Source: Callorhinchus milii
Lineage: Eukaryota
Direction: 5' to 3'
Assembly: GCF_018977255.1 (NCBI RefSeq)
Contig: NW_024704742.1
Location: 96,908,001 to 96,972,000, forward strand
Length of the DNA stretch: 64,000 bases
Below, piece after piece: positions 14,273 through 27,180 of this stretch. The notes beneath the pieces were generated by a model that saw nothing but the letters and a program-made list of their open reading frames with translations, ran no database searches and had not been told where the DNA came from. Numbering within the stretch: position 1 is the first letter of the stretch; every line of letters begins with the position of its first letter. The position numbers and the translations under genes are program-made.

Positions 14273-14780
14273 CTACTACAACAACAACAACAACAAGATT
14301 CCATTTATAGAGCGCCTTTCACGTCGGGAGGACGTCCCAAGGCGCTGGACAGTTGGATCAGGACCCAAACAGGGGGGAAATGGTCAGGGTGAGGGGAGGG
14401 AAGGGAGGGAGCGAGGAGGGGGTAGAGAGTCGAGAGGGGAGCTGAAGGCACGGTCAAAGAGAAAGGTCTTGAGACCGGCCTTGAAGGAGGAAAGGGAGGA
14501 AGCAAGGTGAAAGCACTGGGGGATGGAGTTCCAGAGCCTAGGGGCTGAGAGGCTGAAGGCCCGGCCACCGATGGTAGGGCGGTTGGGGCGGGGGATGTGG
14601 AGCAGACCAAGGGATGTGGAGCAGACCAGAGCCAGAGGAACGGAGGGTACTAGCAGGTAAGTAGGGGGATAGTAGGTCGGAGAGGTAGGAGGAAGTAAGG
14701 CCGTGAATGGCCTTGTAGGTGAGGATGAGGATCTTGAATTCAACCTTGTAGGTGAGGATGAGGATCTTGAATTCGATCTA
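14273..14780 (-). mobile_element. L2 LINE 3' fragment
   Basis: (caa)n tail, stem-loop gcgcctttcacgtcgggaggacgtccc, and translated GGRAFSLSAPRLWNSIP...SSFKAGLKTFLF. Confidence 0.92.
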
Positions 14781-15376
14781 CAAAAATACGTGATGTTAAT
14801 TGCTTGAGGAACACTTTCAGACATTTAAGGTTCTGCAAAAATTCAATTTTTTTCCTTCCTTCTTCCTATGAAAGTTTCAAAGATAGACCAGCTATGTATC
14901 ATCTTGAAAGCATCACTGGAGGCTTTGGTTTAGTGAACCGCAGATGCACATTTAATTTTGGAGAATCTCTTCCTCATTTTACATTGTGGGCTTTTCCACA
15001 GCAGGCTGATTGACTTTAACCATAGTCTTGTATGCACAAACATGGGAGCAGCTGTTTTCAAGTCCCTGTTCATATTTTCCAGTCCCCATTTTTCTGATAT
15101 GCTCCCTTCACAATGGTTGGAGAAGGTTGATAGCAATCAGAAGAACAAAACTTTGTTGCAGGCCTGTACCATAGTAGGCAAGAGTGATTCTCCTGATCAG
15201 CCTGCTGCTGACTATGCTTTGGGGCGGTGCCTTGTACAACTATTTGACCTTCGTTGAATTGCTGAATGGTGAGATGAAACTCTCATTGGTAGCCAATTTA
15301 AAACACATCTGCTGGGCTATGCAGCATCTCAGATGTTGGGCTGGGAGGGGGAGGCTCAGGGAGGGGTGGGTAGGGG

Positions 15377-16470
15377 CAACAACAACAACTTGCACTTATA
15401 TAGTGCCCTTCACGCAAGGTAGTGTCTCAGAGCGCTAACAGTGGTGGAGCCTGATTTTGAGTGGGGTGGAAGGCTGCCACAAGCATGGTCGAAGAGGAGT
15501 GTTTTCAGGCAGGTCTTGAAAAAGGGGAGAGAGGGGGCAAGGAGGAGGGATTGAGGGAGAGTGTTCCAGAGTTTCAGGGCGTAGTGGTTGAAAGCACGAT
15601 TTCCGATGGTGAGGCGGAGGGTGAAGGGACAAGCAGGAGGCCGGTGCTAGTTGAGCAGAGGCACTGAGAGGTGGATTGGGGAGTGAGGACGTTGAAGAGG
15701 TAGGGAGGTGTCAGAGAGTGAAGGAATTTGAACATGAGTGTGAGGCTCTTGAAGTTGATCTGTTTGGTGATGGGGAGCCAGTGGAGTTTAGCCAGAACTG
15801 GTAAGATGTGGGCATGGAGTTTGGTCCGGGTCAGTATGCAGAGTTCTGAATGAGCTGGATCTTTTGAATAGTGGAGCTGGGGAGACCGGTGAGGCGTGCG
15901 TTTGGGTAATCCAGGCTAGAGGTGACAAACGCATGCATGAGGGTTTCGGCTGTATTCGGGGTAAGGTACGGTCGGAGACGGGCAATATGCTGGAGGTGGA
16001 AAAAGGCAGTCCTGGTCAGGGACCAGATATGGGGGAGGAAGGACAGCTGGGGGTCGAACTGGGCACCTAGACTGCACATTGGTTTGGTGAGTCTCAGGGA
16101 GAGCCCAGGGCAATTGAGGAGTTCAGATCCGCAGGAGTGAGGACATTGATGGGAGCCAGGAAGTATGGCTTCCGTCTTGTCCAAATTCAGCTGGAGGAAG
16201 TTTGCACTCATCCAGTCCCTGATGTTTGCCAGACAAGCTGATAGAACATCGGTGGACCTGGACTTGGTACTGGAGGAGGTAAAGTAGATTGTGTGTCATC
16301 TGCAGACATGTGGAAGTTTACCCCGTGTCTGTGGATGACATCGCCCAGAGGGAGCATATAGATAAGGAAAAGAGGAGGGCCAAGGATGGAGCCCTGGGGT
16401 ACCCGCAGGTGACTGGGTGGGGATGGGGGGAGAAACCATTTGCCTCGTCTGGGAGGGTTGGGTAGGGCAC
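15377..16470 (-). mobile_element. L2 LINE fragment (RT C-terminal half to 3' tail)
   Basis: [34 protein letters not shown] and NFLQLNLDKTEA...IARLRPYL...HAFVTSSLDY; (caa)n tail at 15377. Confidence 0.93.
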
Positions 16471-17664
16471 CATAGTTGCATTGCGAGTTTACATCAAAAA
16501 CAGTGTCACTTAGAGCAATGTAAATGGAGTACGAAGGAAGCATAATTCTTCTCTGTAGGTCATATTGTTGAAAGAAAAAACAAATGTGATTGGAAAAATA
16601 TAACAAGAATGATGGAGGAAGCAAATATCTTTTCATCACAAACCCATATAACTACTTGTAGTTTTCAGACTAATTTGTACAAGTCGGCTACATGGTGTTT
16701 CTGAGTCGAGTTGCTTCCCTGCCCTCGGCTGCTTGTGATAGATTAAGTAATGCATCACTAGTAAGATGCCAATTTTCTGTTGTATTTTTTTCTGGCAAGC
16801 AAGACCTGCTATGATAATTTTAAAAGGCATTTTCTGTACTTTCCTTCTCTGAGGGAAGCTAATTTGACAGGAAAGACGTTTATCATCTCAGACAAACTTG
16901 CCAGAAAAATTGAAATGTAGATGATGTGAATTTTTGTTTCTCTCATTGTCATACTGATAGTCATGAGTGCTGTTTGTTGTCACTATAATCTCCTTTCAGC
17001 AGGAAGAAGGATAAGAAACATCAAATGCATGTAAATGTTGGAAGTGTACATTGATACCTGCACCAAAATAAAAATGTGTAAGAGATACCGAATCCAAACA
17101 CATTGCAGGTAATGTTTCAAGAACATTACCACAGAGAGCAGCAATGAATGTCTTAATAAAACAGAAGAATAAATAACATAATCTATTAGTTTAATTTTCA
17201 CTTGAACTAACAAATCATTTGCCTTCAAAACGGTCAGTTTTAATGTGACTGGGACTATACAAATGCCAATTCTTGTTTTAGCACCACAAATGTGTTCCCT
17301 CTGACATTTCCAGCTGGATGACTACATTTTAGGTCATGCATTTTCATTCCAATATCCATCTTTTAACAAAGGTTGGTGTAACTTGATGAAAGAGATCTGA
17401 CAATGCGGGTATCCTGGGATCAGTCTACAGTGAAATCAATGTGATTTCAGAACCAAAACAAAAATGTGTAAGAGATACCGAATCCAAACATATTGCAGGT
17501 AACGTTTCAAGAACATTACCACAGAGAGCAGCAATGAATGTGAATTTTTTCATTTACTTACATTTGATGTTTCTTATCCTTCTTCCTGGTGAAAGGAGAT
17601 TATGGTGGCAACAAACAGCACTCATGACTATCAGTATGACAATTAATGTCTTAATAAAACAGAA

Positions 17665-17910
17665 GAATAGGATAAGAATAGGAGCAGGAGGAAGTTTTTC
17701 AGCCCATCAAGCCTGTTATGCCATTTTATTAGATCATAAAGTATCTTTTAATACTAGTTCCCCAACCTGTCTCCATACTCCTTAATACCCTTTCTCCCCA
17801 AGTATCCATTTCTCTTATTTAAAACATTCCAATTGATTGGGTATCTGTAGTTATCTGGGCAGTGCTAACAACCCTTTGTGTGAAAAACCGCCTTCTGCCA
17901 GCTTCACATT
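17665..17910 (-). mobile_element. CR1 LINE 3' end fragment
   Basis: ataagaataggagcaggaggaag...tcagcccatcaagcctg, same family as 50850-51070(-) and 61400-61520(+). Confidence 0.65.
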
Positions 17911-17929
17911 AATTTATTTTGTTGTTGAC

Positions 17930-19120
17930 TCATCACAGCTATCTCGCTACCGGCCCATCTCAAACCTCCCTTTCCTATCCAAGGTCCTTGAGAGAGCTGT
18001 TGCCTCCCAGCTTCGCTCTTTCCTCTCCTCTCACTCCCTCTATGAATCCCTCCAATTGGGTTTCCGTGCTGCTCACAGCACAGAAACTGCTCTGGTCAAG
18101 GTCACAAATGACATCCTGACCATATGCGACCAGGGCTCCCTCTGTCTCCTTGTCCTCCTCTATCTCTCTACTGCCTTTGACACTGTGGATCACTCAGTCC
18201 TTCTCCACCGCCTCTCTTCCCACCTCAACCTTGAAGGTTCTGTCCTTGACAGGTTCAGGTCCTACCTTTCATACCGCTTCCACTTTATTGCAGCAAACGG
18301 CTTCTCCTCCAGCCCCCGCACTGTCTCATGCGCTGTTCCTCAGGGCTCTGTCCTTGGTCCCCTCCTCGTCACCCTCTACATGCTCTCTCTTGGTGACATC
18401 ATCCGCAGATATGGGGGAAATTTCCACATGTATGCGGATGACACCCAACTCTACCTCTCTGCCTCCACCCTCATCTCCAGGACGACTGGTGTCCTGACCG
18501 ACTGCCTGTCCGACATCAAGTCCTGGACGAGGGACAACTTTCTCCAACTCAGCGTCAGCAAGACCGAGGCCCAGCTGATTAGCTCACGCCAGCGCCTCTG
18601 CACCTCAGGCCCTGACAGCATCAGCCTCCACGGCTGCATACTCAACCTCATTAAGGCAGTCAGGAACCTGGGTGTCTTGTTTGACCCTGAACTGTCCTTT
18701 CTCCCCCACATCCACGCCATGACCGGCACTGCCTACCACCACCTCCGCAATATTGCCAGACTCCGCCACTGCCTCACCCTTCAGGCTGCCGAAACCCTCA
18801 CCCACGCATTTGTCACATCAAGGCTCGATTACGGGAACTCCCTCCTCATCGGTCTTCCCAACTCTTCCCGTGTTTTCAGCCTCTCTGGAATTCCATCCCA
18901 CAGTCCCTTCGCCTCGCTTCCTCCCTTGCCTCCTTCAAGGCCGGTCCCAAGACCGTTCTCTTCGATCGTGCCTTTGGTCTCCCTCCCACCTGTCTGCCTT
19001 CCCTCATCACTACACCATCCCTCCCCCATGCTTGGGCCCCGACACCTGACTGTTCAGCGCTTTGGGATGTCCTCACGACGTGAAAGGCGCTCTATAAATG
19101 TAATTTTCTTGTTGTTGTTA
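17930..19120 (+). mobile_element. 5'-truncated L2 LINE with an open reverse-transcriptase region
   Basis: YRPISNLPFLSKVLER, QLGFRAAHSTETAL, LLYLSTAFDTVDH, VPQGSVLGP, YADDTQLY, NFLQLSVSKTE, VRNLGVLFD, HAFVTSRLDY. Internal deletion near 18865; 3' stem-loop and (ttg)n tail. Confidence 0.95.
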
Positions 19121-20634
19121 TTAACCCAGTTGTATGGCAGGAGCTGATGTGGTATTGTTTCAGCATTAGAGGAATGTGAAGGAGTAGATTCGATTTTATT
19201 ATCCACTTGAAAAACTCAATTTAGAAACATTACAACTGTTTTCACCCACGTGGATATGGGACTGTTGTGCTGACAAAGCTGTGTGTAACACATTCAGTGT
19301 TACTGTCCTTTGTGGCTTCTTAATGTTGCAATATCCTGATAGTAGTGGGTGGGTATGCACAAGGAACCTTGTCAAAGTTTCACCAGTTGCGGTAATACTA
19401 GAACTGTCCTTAGCGATTAATATCAGAAGCCTCCTCCTTCAAGTAGTTTTTGTAACAAACTGAAAATCTAATCTAATTTAGCACCTCGTTACACCATCTG
19501 AAACCAGTGCTATACTTCAATTTTAGTATCTAATTCAACACATGAGCTGGATTGTTTAAGAAACTCTTTTTTTAAATTGCCACATAAACTTTGGTATAAC
19601 TGAGGCATTAATGGTATCAATCAGAGTGAGATCAGATCTAAAATTGCTCGTGTTTGCATGTTTAATGTATGTTTTAACCTTTAGAATTGGAACCTGAGAG
19701 ATTTTGTTAAACTTTAGAATAGCCCAGTTTATTTAAATTTGATTGAAAGCGGGTTATGCAGATTGTTCGAGTGCCTTGCTTCCAATTATCCACGATCTGT
19801 CACTTTTTGGAGGTGACTGTTTGGAATGAAGAAATATTGGTTACATTTTAATCTGAGAAATTAGAAATTATGAAAAAGTTAGATTTTCTGTGGCACTGGT
19901 AGGAATGGTGAAACTGTTTCATACATGTACCAATACATTTTCACATATGATTCTGGGAATTGTATTTCCACCTCTTTCCCTTTCTCTTGCCCCCACCCCT
20001 ACCCACCACACCAAATTTTTTTTTAAAAAACTACACAAAAAATAAACTAGTTGTAGAAGCTTTGTTGGAACTTGTGTGTGTAGGAGAGGGGGGAGGGAGA
20101 TTGAAATTGCCAGAAACAGTTGGAATTTTTGGAAGCCACTTCCCTTGAGGAAATGCCTTTTATAGTGTCTGTTTTCTCTCTGCAAATAGAAGGCTGCTTT
20201 TATTGGGGAAATGGTTTACTGTAGTATTGCCTTTTATAAAATTATGGTATACTGGTGATCTTATTCATTTTTCGAAAGAAAACCTTTTGCTACTAGCATG
20301 AACTGGTTCAAACTAGTAATAGTCAATATAAAACTCTCTGTGGTTGTGCCATTGATTGGCAAATGGTATTTTATACACTCTTCACAGAAAAACTATTTTG
20401 TGCCGTCACTTAGCTTAATTGGGAATCCACAGTACTACTCCAAATTCACAGTAGTGCTTTATATTTCAATAACACATCCAATATGCAGAGTGGTATGAGA
20501 AAGGAGGTCGTTTAAACAACTCATGATGAAGTGGACAAGCAAACAGAATTCTCAAATGGCAATTTCTGACTGAATGGAACCTGAGGGGAGAAAGCATATG
20601 CATGTTTTTTGGATATGCGTATATATGCTGCTCG

Positions 20635-20910
20635 ATAATAATAATAATATAATAATAGTCACATCTTATCACATGTTAAATGTAATTGTATATTTGTAGA
20701 CACACATGGCAGCCAATTTGCATGCAGCAGTGTCCCACAAACATTCATGAAGGTTAACACCAGTTTAATTAAGGATTGTTGGCCCAGACACCGGGAGAAA
20801 CTTCCTTTTTTTCAAATAGTCTTGTGGGTTCTTTAACATCCCCTTAAACAAGTAGACAAAACCCTGTTTTAAATGTTTCATCCGAAGGATGGCATTTCTA
20901 ACAACGCAGA
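20635..20910 (-). mobile_element. Deu-domain SINE fragment
   Basis: ggcagccaatttg...gtcccacaaac...ggcccagacaccgggagaaact...ctttaacatcc...catccgaagg. Confidence 0.75.
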
Positions 20911-22613
20911 GCTCCCCCAAGATTTGTAAGAATTCTACCAGCCCCCCATAATGGAAACCACCCTGTCTCATTTCTTAAGCTTTTTACTGTATTATTTGTA
21001 TTGCTGCACACACTCTAGAACAGCAACAGAGTGCTCTGTGTGCAGAGCTATCTAGTCATCTCCTGCAAAAGTAGTACACTCTAGTTTCTTAATTAACACT
21101 AGTACTTCTCACTGTGACACTGAAATTGAGAAGTGAGCAGTCATGGTGATAAATGGCAGGAAGTAGAAAGGATTCTTCTTTTCCTTTCCTAAAAGAAACC
21201 AGGGAGATTTCAGAGACAATATGGAGAAAAAGGGGAATCAACCAATAATGATTTTGTTGTTGAACTTGTTATAGTACAAGCCGATATTCTTCATAGTGTA
21301 TCACATCTGAACAACTGTAGTCAAAAATATCAGGGATCATGGACTCCTCCCCCCCAACTCCATTTTATACTCAACTTCTATGACCCATATCTGCAGTAGT
21401 TTAACAGCAGTTGCGCTGAGACCTAAAAATGTGCTATTAATTCAATTGCAGGATGTTCAGAAACTGTACAGAGAGGGGAAGTCTTAAAAAAAAATCATCT
21501 ATGTATAATGTGACTGAGCTGACCAGGTGGGCAATTCATTACATTTGTAAAAATAACAAACTAAAACCTATGAAATTTCAACAATCACCTAAACTGCTTC
21601 TGGTTTAGTACAATCTGGAACAAACCAGATATAAACAGTATTAAATTTGGCAAGAGGTTCTGAGAAAAAAAATCCACAACAAGCTTTGCATTACCCACCA
21701 CAAGCAGTGTAGTGACTGTAAAAACTGTTGTGTGCTGAAATAGCAAAACCAAGAGATCATGAAAACATAAGAATTTAGGTCTCTCCTTCTGAAAACTTGT
21801 GCACTGACATGTAGTAGATAATTTGTGATCGAGTGCCTTTACACAGATTACTTTGGCTTTTAGAATTTGTTTTTTAGAACTTAGATCTCCACTGGGGATA
21901 AATGCCTACTGGGTTGCCAACTTGAATTAACTATCTACATTTTACATAAATAGTCACCATCCTCCTGGGAGGAGTTAAGCAGGGTCTTATTGGAGCTGAA
22001 CTGGCTCCAACATGACATGCTTGGCAATGGAATGTGGGAATCGAGTCAATACTCTCTGCTGTCTCAGTAGTCCAGTTTCTGAGCCAGGTAGCTCGAGGTA
22101 CTCCAGGGCACTGCTGCTGCACACCAGCCAACTTAGCTACATGGCAAGACTTGGAAGAGAGAGCAGATTGATCAGTTACTTAGGGCAGGGCTTCCTCACA
22201 TTCATCTCCTGTTAACACAGCAATCATAAGCCCTAACAGGCTGGTGGTCTTAGCAGGAAGCTTGCTGGACAGTGCTATGAATGGCAAGCTATGTTGGTTT
22301 AGCTGGTTAAACTCCTAATGCAAAATTTGGGGTGCCCAAGTCTTAGCTGTTGCCAACCTGTGCCAAATGCTCTCCAGAATTAGGTAAGCAGCGTATCTTC
22401 CTCCTGGGAGAGAGAACCCATTTCATTTCAGACATTGAAATTTCCATGTGAAGATGGCTTGCATGAAACTCTTAGGTTTGGGTGGTCATGGGTTTCTGCA
22501 TTATGACCAACAGAAAACATAAATTGCTTGTATTATTGAATGCAAACTCTCCTAAATTGAGTTTTTATTAAGCAGCTTGACGACAGGAGAATCTAAAATG
22601 TGAGGTTGTAAAT

Positions 22614-24818
22614 CAGCATGGTCAAATAGGTGGTACTCGGGCAGCCAGAGGTCCAGCCAGTGATTTTATGCGGCTCGCAAACCATTTTGGACTTCACAGT
22701 TTTATCTCCCGCCGGCTACGTCTCTCTTGCAGTTGGTCTGCACGCTGTGACAGCATGAGGCCATGTGGAGAGCGACAGAAAGACAGACGGAGCCGGAGGA
22801 CTCCTCCAGCTCCACTGCCCCAGTCAGGTTCCATGATACTCGTGCCTCATGTAACCTTGGGAGATACAAAGAGAATCTGGGCCCAGCAGCAATATCAGTC
22901 TCTGAAGGAAACGGAAGATAGAAGTGGAAAATAGAGGATTTCAGTGCAAGTGGGAAATCGATTACTTATTTCTTGAAAATAATAATAATACTTACATTTG
23001 AGATAGCACCTTATCATGTCATCGATGCATCTCAAAGCGCTTCACAGAATATATTGTAATTTGGCTTGACTGTGTATTATGTGGGTGAACCGTGGCAGGC
23101 AATTGCGCACAGCAGTGTCCCATAAACAGTCGTGGATTGAGTGACCAAATGATTATTATTATATTTTTTAAGGGATTTTTACCACAGGAAAGCCAACCAT
23201 GTGGGAAGGGAGAAGGGGGAGGGGGTGAAAAACAGCCCAGGTTGGATGGCTGAATTCACATTGGGTAGGTTTCAATCTCTCCCTAATGGACAATCTCAGT
23301 GCCTTGTTTGCTTGCAAATAATATGTGTTGAAGGATTTCAACATCAGAAGACACTACAACACACAACACAAGACAAAATACAACAAATATACTGGAAAAG
23401 CCAGCTGCAAAAGCACATTTTTACCAAAGCTGCAACAATTGAAACTGCAAGTCTGACTGTATCTTACGAGGTCTGTCTCCAGCTCGTGAAGTTTAGGACA
23501 TCATTTAGAGATGGTGAAATGGTAAAAAATTGTACAGCCAAAATGGCTTGTGCATTTGGTTGTGTAAAATAGCCAATAATTTTTAAAGTGTAGCACTGTC
23601 TCACCAAATTGTAGCAAGGCAAATAAGTGTCATGAACGAACATGTGAATACACAGCTCAGGACAATTGTTGAAAAATGTAACTACTTCTCATTAGCTCAA
23701 GACGAGAGGACTTACGTTACTGATATCAGTCAGCTATTTTCATCAGAACCATTGATAAAAATGTTGTTGTTCATGAAGAATTACTTGAATTAATTCCTCT
23801 GAAAACTGCTAAAAATGAGGTTGGATATTTAGAAGGTTCTTACTTCAACTGTCAGTAAATACAATGGATTTCAGAAGTGTTCCTGCATCGTGACGGATAG
23901 TGCAAAATCGATGACTGGCTGTAAAAATGGTTTGGTAGGTTTGCTGAAACAAAATGGAATTGAATGTATTGCCTTCCACTGCATCAAACACCAGGAGTCC
24001 CTTTGCGGAAAACCAGTGAAAATGAGTAATATGATGACTCATGTCATCAAAGTGATTTACTGATTTTGAGGGTCTGAAGTCCAGCTATTCAACAATCCGA
24101 TGGAGGTATCGATTGAGCAGCAACCAAAAGATCTTCACATGGAGATGTGTGAACTGTAGGATGACCCTTTGTTCTTCTCAAGGAAGAATAAGATTCACGA
24201 AAACTTCTAAACAAGGATTGTTTTCCTAAATTAAATGACTTTGTACTGAAGATGTGTTCTATGTTTGCAAGCACATACATTTGTGAAAGCACGTTTTCTA
24301 CAATGAAACATGTTAAGTCCAAACATCGCAACAGGTTTGATAGCGATAGTTCTTGATTGGTTCAAGAGAAACATTTTCCACAGTGTTCACACTGAGACAT
24401 TTAATGGTCTTCCAAGTGTCAAGAAAATGTATGTTAAGTAAAATAATTTGATTATATGTAGATGTAGATTATATTCAAAATAATCTTTATTCACAGTTAT
24501 CTTTATTGTGTTCCTTTGTTAGTTTTGCAATTATGGATTGATCTATTAGGGTTTTGTTGAGCATTCTCTGTTGGGGCCTCCATGTGCTGAGTTGACATCT
24601 TGCGTTTTGACTTTTAATACATTAAAATAATTGTTGCATTCATTTCCATTTGAGATGATCATTATTAAGTAATACAGTCAGACAATTTAAAACATGGGAT
24701 GTCTATATGTTTCTTTATGTTTCTGGAAGGGAACAACAAAAATATTGCTTATGCAGCCCGCGGACATCTCTGACATGTGAAATCCAGCCTTCGATACCAA
24801 AAAGGTTGGACCACCCTG
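22614..24818 (+). mobile_element. hAT (Charlie/Buster-type) DNA transposon, full span, decayed transposase
   Basis: Imperfect TIRs cagcatggtcaaa (22614) and ttggaccaccctg (ends 24818). Perfect 8-bp TSD ttgtaaat at 22606-22613 and 24819-24826. Transposase pieces: FQCKWEIDYLF, QCLVC, SYEV..QLVK....FRDGEMVKNC, YFSLA.DE, FHCIKHQESLC (23974-24006), FPKL......SMFASTYICESTFSTMK.VKSKHRNR. Confidence 0.93.
22978..23200 (-). mobile_element. SINE 3' fragment nested inside the hAT element
   Basis: (aat)n-acttacatttgagatagcacc...aagcgcttcacag...gtcccataaac...gagtgaccaaat. Confidence 0.85.
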
Positions 24819-26509
24819 TTGTAAATAATGATTCCCAATGGAAGTCAGAGGGCATTATGCTGACACCTAGGACTTCGGGTGTGTAGTTCCTGCAGCAACC
24901 TGACACACTTACGCTTAATGACAACAGTAGCTAAATGTGGCTTGGAGTTGCCATTTGTGAATCTGTTTCTGTGTATGAGTGTAGGATATTGTGAAAGTTA
25001 ACTGAAAAGTACAACCCTTCAGTTAAAAATGTGTTGCAATCTTCTGCTTTGTATATTATTGTAATCTTAGATTATTGGTTTCATGGTTTAATAGACTTTT
25101 GCTTTGAGTCTTAAAGCTGATTAAACACCTGGACTCCTGCCACAATACAGAAGCTGTACTCTTTCCATACACTGGACTTTCAGACATTTAGCTAAAGACG
25201 ACCAATATTTATTTTAAAAAAACTACCAAAATTTAATACATGAAGACTGAATTTGAGAGTTTTCCAAAAAATTCTGCTTTTTTAAATTTTTTTAAAAAAA
25301 TGTCAGGGTTTAGGTCTAAACCTAAGACCTTGAGGAATTTCAGGCCTGTGAACTTGGTATTGGCTCACACCATGTTACCAAATTAAAGAGAGCTCAACAC
25401 CCCCACATGGTGAACATCATCTGTAATAGATTACAGAAAAAAGTGGCTCCTGATTTCGTTTAAGTGTCTGATTCCATTGACCAACACTGAATGGTAGATT
25501 CTGCTTTTCTCCTCCTCCTGCTGAATCCTGTCCCTCGGGTAAAGACAAAAGGCTGAGAACTGTTGAGCAACAGTTCCTGAAAGAACTCAATTTCTGTAAG
25601 AAAATCCCTACCTTTAACCCTGTAAAGTATCTTAAACATTATGGTTGCTCCCAGACTAAATAAAAGATGCTTTCTGCATATATCCAATTAAAGACCGGAG
25701 ATGGACCTAATCATCTCCTGTATATTTACCTTTCAAAGGCAGAATAGAGATCTTTGTCTACTTCATCATATGATCAATTCATCAAACAGATTGATGTTAA
25801 TTGGTTCATGGACATCAGTACAGAATTTTTTGGAGGTCTGCTGACTGTTTTCTTTGTTGTTTAATTTTAAAAACTATTCAAGTAACTTCAAATACTTCAT
25901 TTACAAAGAAATAAGCCATCACACAAAACCACTGATAGTACATCAGTTATTTAGAACAACATAATTTGAATATTGCACTTTTTACACTACAGTTTTGTCT
26001 CCAAGGTCAACTAGTAGTATAAAGCCTCCAGTTTTCGCAGCTAAGACCTGACTCTTGAGTTGGATGTCCTATTATCTCCCTGTAGAGAAGATCTGACTCA
26101 ATAGTGAACATTCAGTGCTGGTGTGAGTGGAAATAACTGTGTTCTCTTCATGGTACCTTATACCCTGCATTTAAAAAAAATTCCTATAATTTCCAGCACT
26201 TTGGGATATCCTCCCAAAGTGAAAGGCAGTATACAAATGTAATTTGTTATTGTTATTTATATTGTCTTCTGTTAGAAAACACAGTTGCTTTTCTATTCAA
26301 TTTTGCCCCTCTTGCTTGTCCATTGTTCTTCATTAAACAATGACCAGCTCATTTGAATCTGATGCCAGGCTTTTAAAAAACACTTTACTGTGTGGCATTG
26401 CCTTCAAATGTTTGCTCCAAAAAACGCTAAAGTATTTTCCACTTAATTTTTTAAACACATAAGACACCTCCATGAGGTGCTAGCCCCCAGATTTGCAACA
26501 TTTGCATGT

Positions 26510-27180
26510 GGGTCACCATGGCTCAGTGGTAGCACTCTCCGTGTCAGAAGGTTGTGGATTCAAGTCCTTCATCAGGGGTTTGAACTCACAGTATAGGATA
26601 ATAATTCATTACAGTGCTAGGGATGTGGCCACTGTATTGTTGGGGATCCCACCCTTAGGATGAGATGTTAAACTGAGGTCTCCCTTTTCCAGAGGTAATA
26701 AACCCTTTCAAAAAATAATATTAATTTGGTCACTAAATCCACGGCTGTTTTTGGGACATTGCTGTACACAATTGGCTGCAATGTTTCGGCCACAAAAATA
26801 TGCAGTCAATTTACTTTACAGTATACTGTGTGAAGCGCTTTGAGATGTTTCGAAGACGTGATAAGGTGCTATAGCAAATGCAAGGATTATCATTATTAAA
26901 AATCCCACTACTCAAAAAGAGAAGGGAGTTTCTCCTAGTATTCTGGTCAACGATCCCTCAAGTAAAATTAGTTATTCACTTCATGGGTAAATTCACTACA
27001 TTATTTAAGTATGATTAAAATCAGTGTTAAAATTTAGTAAATTGTACACTTAATGTGTACAAAATGTCTGCCACACTCACCCGTAAAATGCAAAGTCACT
27101 ACACTTTATAATACATACTATAAAGTGCTCTGTCATCCTCCTGATGGGAAGGTAATCAGATCAAAACCGGATTATTATCA
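26510..27180 (+). mobile_element. Deu-domain SINE interrupted by a second SINE 3' fragment (~26690-26897)
   Basis: tRNA head ggctcagtggtagcactc...ggattcaagtcc and Deu motif ggatgagatgttaaactgaggtc, then an inserted tail ending gcaaggattat. The Deu sequence resumes at aaaatccc...gggagtttctcc. Confidence 0.75.

Noticed and set aside
17837..19147. 436-aa ORF as a host gene or functional RT system
   Set aside because: It is a truncated L2 ORF2 with no ATG start, a mutated motif-A Asp and an out-of-frame C-terminus.
23201..23572. Domesticated GTF2IRD2-like gene
   Set aside because: Lies between TIRs and a TSD, with stops, frameshifts and a SINE insertion.
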